From positions 35,713 to 58,191 of the forward strand of contig NIVC01004145.1 of assembly GCA_002269645.1 (NCBI GenBank): DNA of 22,479 nucleotides. The letters run 5' to 3'. Under the pieces are notes generated by a model. That model saw only the letters and a program-made list of their open reading frames with translations. It did not search any database and had not been told where the DNA came from. The DNA comes from Macrostomum lignano. Lineage: Eukaryota. The number at the start of each line of letters is the position of its first letter. Position 1 is the stretch's first letter. Below, piece by piece: positions 1-8,614 of the stretch. The translations under genes and the position numbers were made by a program.

Positions 1-375
1 GGTTAGTAGTTCATTAGGCCTAGTAGGTTATGCCTATGGTTGCCAGGCCTATTAATTTTATAAGAGTTGTTAAATAACTATTGATTTTATTAGCTTTAGG
101 CTATTGTATTGCATTTATTTTATAAACTTACAAAACTTACATTTTAGGCCTAGCTTTACTACTAAGCATTTAAACTAACTGGAAATTTTAAAGATATTAT
201 CCCATGTAGTTTTGAATCAAATTAATTTATTTTAGATATATTTTTTTAATTATCAAATTTTTTTATAAACATGCTTAGTTATAAAATAAACAAGGTAGTA
301 ATAATAATATTAATAATAATAGGCAATAAGTAATAGTAGCCTAAAGGGTTAGTAATAAGTGCTTGCAAGCTAGGT

Positions 376-520
376 TTTTTGCTAGCACTAAGATGCAAAA
401 TCATATCTAAGGTCCAATTTTAGGATGCAATTTGGAAAGTCAGCATATTATATAGTTTTTGTTGGCACTAAAATGCAAAATTGCATTTAAGGTCTAATTT
501 GTGATGCAATTTTAAAAGGC
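376..520. repeat. Two diverged copies of a repeat with 80-bp period
   Basis: 376-420 aligns ungapped to 456-500 with 8 mismatches; similarity continues with an indel to about 520. Confidence 0.8.
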
Positions 521-799
521 AAAGATGCAATAATATCTTTATCACATAAAAAATAAACCTAGGAGCTTAAGTAAGTCAGTAAATAAAGCAGTCAAATAGG
601 GATAATGTTAGCCTAGCTATAGTATAGTTATTTGTTTGGCTAGTTTAATAAGGCTAAAGGTAAAAAAGGTAGGATATGTATAGAATAGCTAAGGGTCTAG
701 CCTAGTAGCAAAGTACACTTAAAATTTTAATAGTGGTATTATAGCTAGGCTATCAGGGGATTATTTAGCAGACACTATGCAAGATATGCCTAGTATATA

Positions 800-913
800 G
801 CATTAGGGTCTATTCTAGTATATAGTATAGCAGCAAATGGTAGAATATATCAAGGGGCATTAGGGTCTATTCTAGTATATAGTATAGCAGCAAATGGTAG
901 AATATATCAAGGG
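800..913. repeat. Perfect 57-bp tandem duplication
   Basis: GCATTAGGGTCTATTCTAGTATATAGTATAGCAGCAAATGGTAGAATATATCAAGGG at 800-856 and 857-913. Confidence 0.95.
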
Positions 914-1489
914 GCTACTTTTGTATGTTGGTTAGTATAGCAAATATAAAATTAATAATAATAAAGTAATAGTAATAAGCTGCACATTATTATATTAATA
1001 TATACTATATTGTTTTTTCCTTATACAATAATTTTTTTTTGTTTTTTAACATGCAATTTTATATGATAATTAAGAGGCATATCAATATCTACCATGATAT
1101 ATAAGACAAGATAATAAGTTTAAGTTAAAGATTTTTTAGTATGCCTAGTTTTGATCATCTTTTAGTTCATATTGGGAAAATGAAATCATTTAATCACCTT
1201 ACCCAAACCTGATTTTTTGTATCTAATGTATTATGAAGTTACAATTAGTGAAGTTATTAGGAAGTTAGGAAGTAAAGGAATGTATACAATATTCCTTCCA
1301 TTGATTCAATTCCAATGTTTGCATGAAACAAATTTTATTTGACTTTGACCCAAATATGGATCACTAGAAAGAAGAACACCTGAAAACCAACATCCAGAAA
1401 CTTAAGGATCATCTCCATCCAGTACACCTAAAATAATGGCATTCCCACAAGCAGTTGCTAATATTTAACAAAATGCCCCAAAATTGCAG

Positions 1490-1960
1490 CTGCCTATGAA
1501 TGGTCAGGCAGTTGGCCCACAGCCAGATAATGCCACCGGCGCAACTGGCTGCAAAACTGTCGCCTCGGCTATTCAGCTCTCCTCAATAGCCAGTAAGAAT
1601 CAAAGTACTCTTAGTACTTTGCTCGCCAATGGCTGCGTTGGCAGCTCTGCAATAAACAAATTATCCGCAGGTGTAAATATTGAAGCTACACAAAAGTACA
1701 TTGTTATATTGCAAGAGAAAATACGCGAATATGAGCGAGCATTGGATGGCGTCCGCGCTCAGTTGAAGTCGCAGGCGTCTCGCGCTGTGGTGGAGCTGGA
1801 TGGCTGTTTAAGTACCGATTGCGCTAGGCAGGAGCGGACAAAACGCCGGCTTGAGCAGGAGCACGGCGAGCTCAAGGCCAAAGCGCACAAGCTGCAAAGG
1901 ACTGTGAAGAAGCTTCAATACAAATTGGCTGATCTGAGGGCTAATGGCATTCCGATCGAT
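1490..1960 (+). CDS. Upstream coding exon of a TMCC/TEX28-like transmembrane and coiled-coil protein (5' boundary uncertain)
   Basis: Open frame 1469-1960 with heptad-rich end ...KAKAHKLQRTVKKLQYKLADLRANGIPID, resembling from memory the TMCC segment QTILQLQKKLEHYHRKLREVEQNGIP. Consensus donor GAT|GTAAGT at 1960/1961, phase 0. 5' end is either acceptor TTGCAG| at 1489, ATG 1496, or a longer eroded exon. Confidence 0.65.
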
Positions 1961-1976
1961 GTAAGTCGCCAGGCTT

Positions 1977-2528
1977 AATTGGGGACTTCTACTTAAAACT
2001 GGAGAATTCTACTTAGAACTGGGTAATTCTACTGAAAATTTGGGAATTCTACTGAAAATTGAGGAATACTGCTGAAAATTGGGGAATTCTACTGAAAATT
2101 TAGGATATCTACTAGAAATTAGGAATTCTACTGAAAATTGGAGAATTCTACTGAAAATTTAGGATATCTACTAGAAATTAGGGAATTCTACTGAAAATTG
2201 GAGAGAATATCTACTGAAAACTGAAAATTGGAGAATTCTACTGAAAATTTAGAAAATTTAGGATATCTACTAGAAATTAGGGAATTCTACTGAAAATTGG
2301 AGAATTCTACTGAAAATTGGAGAATTCTACTGAAAATTTAGGATATCTACTAGAAATTAGGGAATTCTACTGAAAATTGGAGAATTCTACTGAAAATTTG
2401 GGAATTCTACTAGAAATTGGGGAATTCTATTGAAAATTGGGGAATTCTACTGAAAATTGGGGAATTCTACTAAAAATTGGAGAATTCCGCTAAAAATTTT
2501 GGAATTCGACTAGAAATTTGGGAATTCT
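1977..2528. repeat. About 20-bp minisatellite (GGGAATTCTACTGAAAATTG)n in the TMCC-like intron
   Basis: Roughly 27 units with recurring variant AGGATATCTACTAGAAATT. Confidence 0.95.
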
Positions 2529-2611
2529 TTGCCAGGCCAATGCCAGTATATTTACTGTCTATTTACTGTCTATATTTATGCATATCAGAGAATTTCACAC
2601 TGTCGAGTTAA

Positions 2612-2930
2612 GCATCGTTGGTCGCGGTTAGTATGCAGCTGAATGTGCTGCCAGTGTCACGACCTCTGGTTCGATTCCGTGAGCCGCTAAGTTAATTTAG
2701 GGCTTGTGCACGAAAAAAAATTGGCCAGGGGGTTGTCGTATGATTAACACCTGTGTAAATCGTCAGGAAAAGTCAAGGCCGCTGTAGCGGCTGTACACCC
2801 TCTGTGAGCGTGTGTGTGAGTGCGTGCTCAGATGTCAGCGCATGTACACACGCATATATGCTTTCACCCAGACGCAATAACGGAATCGAACCTGGTTTCT
2901 TTGTCGCGAGAGCTGCTCTTCTGAGTTCAT
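2612..2930. mobile_element. Two convergent degenerate tRNA-like (SINE-head) segments
   Basis: Perfect Pol III B box GGTTCGATTCC on + (2668-2678) preceded by A-box-like TGGTCGCGGTTAG (2619); second B box on - (2882-2892). No complete cloverleaf seen. Confidence 0.45.
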
Positions 2931-2949
2931 TATCTCACTGTTTAAACAG

Positions 2950-4086
2950 GTCGTACCAGACGATTACGTGCGCCAGCTGCAGCAGCACAGGGACGCTGGA
3001 GTAGCTGAGCCCGCCATCTCCTCCTCGGCCTCGTCTGTTTCCGCTGTACATCGCCAAAACCCGGCCGCCTTCGCTGCAACATCAGCCTCGGCTTTGAACT
3101 CCGTCGTGCACCGGACGGCCTCTTCTAGCGACCTGCTGCCCGGCCCGAGCCGCCGGCAGCCTGCCGAAGACCCGGAGCCGAACCCTGCCAATGTCGATAA
3201 TTCGAATAACGGCGTTGGCGACGCTGCGCCTAGCGTTGCTATGGGCAGATTCTCTGATGCCGACCGGTTGACCCTGTCCTCGTCTGACCCGTCGGCGCCT
3301 CTCATTTCGACGTCGCCGCCGTCGCTGCCGCTAATTCAGTCGCAGCAGTCTTCGTCGTTGCTGCTGCCGGCAAATTCGTCCGCAGGCAACTCTTCGTCGG
3401 CCGAATCTGTCGAGCAGCTGCGGCTGTACTACGAGCGTCGGTTAATCGAACAGCAGGCCGCTTTCGCCGCCGAACTGGACTCTCTACGCCTGCGCGCCTC
3501 CGACGAAGCCGGCGATATTCAACGATTAGTAGACACGGAGCTGAAGAACCTGCGCTACGACCAGCAGGAGCTGGCTGCCTCCGCCGATGACGGGCACAAA
3601 GAGCTTGAAAAGATGAAGGTCTTCCTCACCAACCTGTCTAAGGAGATGAGCCGCATGCTGCTAGTTGATCAGCAGATTGACGATATGAATAATCGACTAG
3701 CTGTCATCACCCGAGACCTAGTGCAGAGCCATCAATCCGCCTGCTCCTCTCATCATCATCATAATCGCCCGGATGCTGGCCAGGGCGGAGCGGCCAGCGC
3801 TCGCCTACTCAATATGCTGGTTGCCCTGCTCTCCTACGCTTTCGTAGCCGCCTCCTGTTTAGTTAATCTGCTGATCTGGTTACTCCGTCTGCCTGGCAGT
3901 CGGCCGTTCTCCGCCGCTTGTCTGACTGTCTGCGCCGCTCCGCTGCTTATTCTGTGGCTTGGCGGCGACGGTGGCGGCGTCTGGTTGGCGCAGACTTTGC
4001 CAGATTTGATTGTCAGGCACCTGCCGTTGAGTGCCAGGCGCCAGCTCAGCAACCTGCTGCTGAGGCTTAATGCCACGCTCGCTTAA
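2950..4086 (+). CDS. Terminal coding exon of the TMCC/TEX28-like protein: Ser/Ala-rich linker, coiled coil, two C-terminal hydrophobic segments
   Basis: Acceptor TTTAAACAG| at 2949, phase 0, joins NGIPID|VVPDDYVRQLQQH in frame; 1137-nt open frame to TAA 4084-4086 with C-ending codon bias. Coiled coil EQLRLYYERRLIEQQ...ELKNLRYDQQEL...LSKEMSRM, then ARLLNMLVALLSYAFVAASCLVNLLIWLL and FSAACLTVCAAPLLILWL, matching the TMCC layout (KLINILLAVMAVLLVFVST...RTFSTLFLVVFIAFLW). Family assignment is from recalled similarity. Confidence 0.75.
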   Translation, partial: VVPDDYVRQLQQHRDAGVAEPAISSSASSVSAVHRQNPAAFAATSASALNSVVHRTASSSDLLPGPSRRQPAEDPEPNPANVDNSNNGVGDAAPSVAMGRFSDADRLTLSSSDPSAPLISTSPPSLPLIQSQQSSSLLLPANSSAGNSSSAESVEQLRLYYERRLIEQQAAFAAELDSLRLRASDEAGDIQRLVDTELKNLRYDQQELAASADDGHKELEKMKVFLTNLSKEMSRMLLVDQQIDDMNNRLAVITRDLVQSHQSACSSHHHHNRPDAGQGGAASARLLNMLVALLSYAFVAASCLVNLLIWLLRLPGSRPFSAACLTVCAAPLLILWLGGDGGGVWLAQTLPDLIVRHLPLSARRQLSNLLLRLNATLA

Positions 4087-4090
4087 CCAC

Positions 4091-5314
4091 GCTTAGCTAT
4101 GTCCTCAGATGACCTCAGACCGTAGCTTAGCCCAGCTGTGACCCCATGTGACCTCAGACCGTAGCTTAGCTCAGCTGTGACCCCATGTGATCTCAGACCG
4201 TAGCTTAGCCCAGCTGTGACCCCATGTGACCTCAAAACGTAGCTTAGCCCAGATGTGACCCCATGTGACCTCAAAACGTAGCTTAGCCCAGATGTGACCT
4301 CAGACCGTAGCTTAGCCCAGCTGTGACCCCATGTGACCTCAAAACGTAGCTTAGCCCAGATGGGACCTCAGACCGTAGCTTAGCCCAGCTGTGACCCCAT
4401 GTGACCTCAAAACGTAGTTTAGCTCAGCCCTGACCCCCATGTGACCTCAGATCGTAGCTTAGCTCAGCCCTGACCCCATGTGACCTCAGATCGTAGCTTA
4501 GCTCAGCCCTGACCCCCATGTGACCTCAGACCGTAGCTTAGCCCAGCTGTGACCCCATGTGACCTCAGACCGTAGCTTAGCTCAGCTGTGACCCCATGTG
4601 ATCTCAGACCGTAGCTTAGCTCAGCCCTGACGCCCATGTGACGTCAACTCGTAGCTTAGCTCAGCTGTGACCCCATGTGACCACAAAACCGTAGCTTAGC
4701 TCAGCGCAGACCCCATGTGACCCCAGACCGTATCTTAGCTCAGTTCGGACCTCATGTGACCTCAGATCGTAGCTTAGCTCAGCTGTGACCTCATGTGACC
4801 TCAGATCGTAGCTTAGCTCAGCTCTGACCCTATATGACCCCAGACCGTATCTTAGCTCAGCTCTGACCTCATGTGACCTCAGATCGTAGCTTAGCTCAGC
4901 TGTGACCCCATGTGACCTCAAAACCGTAGCTTAGCTCAGCCCTGACGCCCATGTGACGTCAACTCGTAGCTTAGCTCAGCTGTGACCCCATGTGACCACA
5001 AAACCGTAGCTTAGCTCAGCGCAGACCCCATGTGACCCCAGACCGTATCTTAGCTCAGTTCGGACCTCATGTGACCTCAGATCGTAGCTTAGCTCAGCTG
5101 TGACCCCATGTGACCTCAAAACCGTAGCTTAGCTCAGCTGTGACCCCATGTGACCTCAAAACCGTAGCTTAGCTCAGCTGTGACCCCATGTGACCTCAAA
5201 ACCGTAGCTTAGCTCAGCCCTGACCCCCATGTGACCTCAAAACCGTAGCTTAGCTCAGCTGTGACCCCATGTGACCTCAAAACCGTAGCTTAGCTCAGCT
5301 GTGACCCATGTGAC
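4091..5314. repeat. 39-40-bp minisatellite (GACCTCAGACCGTAGCTTAGCYCAGCTGTGACCCCATGT)n
   Basis: About 30 units directly after the stop codon at 4086; includes a duplicated block with 315-bp offset. Confidence 0.95.
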
Positions 5315-5534
5315 GTTAACACCCATTGATAAAGATATTTGGCCCTGTATCCCTCTTTCCAAGACTGTTGGTTTTATTGACGTCATTTCATTTAGATTAT
5401 CTTGATTCTCGAAAACAATGAATTTGCCAGTGATATTGCATGACCTAGTCAGTAGGCTTTTATTCGTAATTTTTTAAGACATCACACAGTGTGCTTATTT
5501 GGTTATATTGTTATTGTTATTGTTTTACTGCTGC

Positions 5535-5540
5535 AATAAA
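5535..5540 (+). promoter_or_regulatory. Candidate polyadenylation signal for the TMCC-like gene
   Basis: First AATAAA I find downstream of the 4086 stop; a second occurs at 5997-6002, both in AT/T-rich context. Confidence 0.35.
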
Positions 5541-6342
5541 AATAATTTTAACGCCGTTTCAAGGTTGAACCTTGATGTTTCGAATGTATTTTCTATTAAG
5601 GAAAGCGCGAAGTAATTTTCAGACTACTTCTGGCAGTGGCACCCAGTTAAATAGAAAAGCACACCAGCTACATTTCAATAATTTTCTTATTCTAACAAGT
5701 GAGCTTTCCTTATTGAACAGCTATTTTTTATTCTCCTTTTTGTCGCCCAACTTGTGGCGTGTATAAACTGTTCATTATTGGCTTCTGTTATTAAGTGATT
5801 GTTTTCAACAATTTCTCTCCGCATGGAATCTCAGTCTTGAGTAGTGCAGCAGCACAATTTGCCAGATTGGTTATTTTTCACTCGTCTGTTTATTTATTTA
5901 TTTTTTAAGCCCCCTTTTTGTAGTTTTGCACAGCCAACCTGGCCGTTAGTTTCTCTCTTTCTCTATTATTGTTTTCTAGGCTTTCACAATAATGTTAATA
6001 AAAAATAGTGTTCTTCATAATGGTAGATTTTCTTGGTTTTAGCTTAGCATTGTTGTAAAGTTTAATTGTGTCTAGCAGAATGATTCAGTTGTATTGATAT
6101 TACCTATCTATTGCTTCTTAAATCTTTTTTAATTGCAATGAATGTATAAAAATATATATTTATATGCTTGTAAATCCGTGACGTCACCTCTGCGCCGCTA
6201 CCAAGATTTCCTGAGCTCTTAGCGGATAAAATCATACTTGCGCATTGGCCTGTCTTCGTTGAGTCATTTAGGTCTCTGATTTAGCTCATTTGTAATCATC
6301 TAAGTTCCTCGGTTTCTGTGCTGAGCCACCCTACTAAATCTT

Positions 6343-7827
6343 GTTGCTGGGCCAGCCTCCCAGATCCTCAGTTGCTGGGCCAGCCTCCCAGATCCTCAGT
6401 TGCTGGGCCAGCCTCCCAGTGTCAGTTGCTGGGCCAGCCTCCCAGATCCTCAGTTGCTGGGCCAGCCTCCCAGATCCTCAGTTGCTGGGCCAGCCTCCCA
6501 GATCCTCAGTTGCTGGTCCAGCCTCCCAGATCCTCAGTTTCTGGGCCAGCCTCCCAGAGTGTCAGTTGCTGGGCCAACCTCCCAGATCCTCAGTTGCTGG
6601 TCCAGCCTCCCAGATCCTCAGTTGCTGGGCCAGCCTCCAGAGTGTCAGTTGCTGGGCCAGCCTCTCAGATCCTCAGTTGCTGGGCCAGCCTCCCAGATCC
6701 TCAGTTGCTGGGCCAGCCTCTCATAGTGTCAGTTGCTGGTCCAGCCTCCCAGATCCTCAGTTGCTGGGCCAGCCTCCCAGATCCTCAGTTTCTGGGCCAG
6801 CCTCCCAGATCCTCAGTTGCTGGGCCAGCCTCCCAGATCCTCAGTTTCTGGGCCAGCCTCCCAGATCCTCAGTTGCTGGGCCAGCCTCCCAGATCCTCAG
6901 TTGCTGGGCCAGCCTCCAAGAACCCCAGTTGCTGGGCCAGCCTCCCAGATTGTCAGTTGATGGGCCAGACTTTCAGATCCTCAGTTTCTGGGCCAGCCTC
7001 TCAGAGAGTCAGTTGCTGGGCCAGCCTCTCAGATCCTCAGTTGCTGGGCCAGCCTCTCAGAGTGTCAGTTGCTGGGCCAGCCTCCAGTGTCAGTTGCTGG
7101 GCCAGCCTCCCAGATCCTCAGTTGCTGGGCCAGCCTCCCAGATCCTCAGTTGCTGGGCCAACCTCCCAGATCCTCAGTTGCTGGGCCAACCTCCCAGATC
7201 CTCAGTTGCTGGGCCAACCTCCCAGATCCTCAGTTGCTGGCCAGCCTCCCAGAGTGTCAGTTGCTGGGCCAGCCTCTCAGATCCTCAGTTGCTGGGCCAG
7301 CCTCCCAGATCCTCAGTTGCTGGGCCAGCCTCTCAGAGTGTCAGTTGCTGGGCCAGCCTCCCAGATCCCCAGTTGCTGGTCCAGCCTCCCAGATCCTCAG
7401 TTGCTGGGCCAGCCTCTCAGAGTGTCAGTTGCTGGGCCAGCCTCCCAGTGTCAGTTGCTGGGCCAGCCTCCCAGATCCTCAGTTGCTGGGCCAGCCTCTC
7501 AGAGTGTCAGTTGCTGGGCCAGCCTCCCAGATCCTCAGTTGCTGGGCCAGCCTCTCAGAGTGTCAGTTGCTGGGCCAGCCTCCCAGTGTCAGTTGCTGGG
7601 CCAGCCTCCCAGATCCCCAGTTGCTGGTCCAGCCTCCCAGATCCTCAGTTGCTGGGCCAGCCTCCCAGATCCTCAGTTGCTGGGCCAGCCTCCCAGATCC
7701 CCAGTTGCTGGTCCAGCCTCCAAGATCCTCAGTTGCTGGGCCAGCCTCCCAGTGTCAGTTGCTGGGCCAGCCTCCCAGATCCCCAGTTGCTGGTCCAGCC
7801 TCCCAGATCCTCAGTCGCTGTGCCAGC
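6343..7827. repeat. 28-bp minisatellite (CAGTTGCTGGGCCAGCCTCCCAGATCCT)n
   Basis: About 53 units; interspersed variant ...CAGAGTGT; explains the 503-522 aa repeat ORFs (28-aa period = 3 units). Confidence 0.97.
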
Positions 7828-8051
7828 GCCACTCTCGCAGAGCCTCGGGTAATCTAACCACTAAATATCCGGAATATTCCATCTGAAATCCAATCAATCT
7901 CTCATGCCAGAATAGTGTCTCAAATTTAGCCTTGGATCTCACTACAGTAGCCGCGCGCAATTCGCCCCCTGCTTTGATATTAGTTTTCCCATCTCGTTGG
8001 CTCAGGCCCGGTCCCTACAGTGAGAATAATTAAGCCGCATCCGAGCTATAG

Positions 8052-8068
8052 CCCCCCCCCCCCCCCCC
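8052..8068. repeat. C17 homopolymer (G17 on minus strand)
   Basis: 17 consecutive C. Confidence 0.9.
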
Positions 8069-8475
8069 TGTCTGCAGGCAGTTTGGCTGTCCCTCAGTCG
8101 CGCCCTGTAGCCAAGCAACACAGTGGAAGCCTCCCACTCAGTACGTTAAAAGTGCATTTGCTAGCTAGTAGTTGGTATAAAGCAGCTGGGCGAAGTGAAA
8201 TTGCAATCTCCGCAGTCTTATTTTTTTTCTACTCCAACGGCGCGCACGCAATGGTCCGCAAGGCTCCTTTCTCGGGCTCCTACGCTTACATTGTAAGGCT
8301 TTAGACCATCGCTAGAGAGTTCATTCTAGCGAAAACTGTTCCAAACCCTTAACTGCGTGCACCCTGTGCTTCGCGAGTCATGCACTTTTAATACCTCCCC
8401 TTCCAGCGTCCTAATTTGTTCATCCTCGACCAGGTCTGTTCGCGTTTTAGTGTCTACCGCTATCCAGGACTACTA

Positions 8476-8478
8476 ATG
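8476..8478 (+). CDS. NTHL1: Candidate ATG-only first coding exon of NTHL1
   Basis: CTA-ATG|GTGCGG gives a phase-0 donor matching the phase-0 acceptor at 10843, producing MASTSSPYF. Alternative first exon: ATG 8251 to ATT|GTAAGG 8292/8293. Confidence 0.35.
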
Positions 8479-8614
8479 GTGCGGGTTCGTGGCCTACGAG
8501 TATCGATTTATATTAATGTCGTGTGCTTTGGTCTGTTATGGGATTGTTTTAGTTAAGTCTGGTGTGTCGCATTGATTTAATGGTTACAACTAGTCAGCCA
8601 GAGGACACAGCCAA

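Noticed and set aside
1-1300. Mitochondrial insertion as the explanation for AT-richness
   Set aside because: No recognisable mitochondrial gene or rRNA motifs, and composition grades smoothly into a nuclear exon; a BLAST against the mitogenome would settle it.
1263-1590. Alternative frame reading ECIQYSFH*FNSNVCMKQILFDFDPNMDH*KEEHLK... as a separate eroded gene
   Set aside because: Codon third-position pattern favours the TMCC-like frame; no family recognised; several stops.
6178-6250. CRE palindrome GTGACGTCAC plus reverse CCAAT as a promoter
   Set aside because: Short motifs that also occur at 5378 and inside the 39-bp satellite; no linked transcription start evidence.
6318-7886. 503-aa and 522-aa ORFs
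   Set aside because: Pure translations of a stop-free 28-bp tandem unit in several frames; starts are non-ATG codons; no unique domain.
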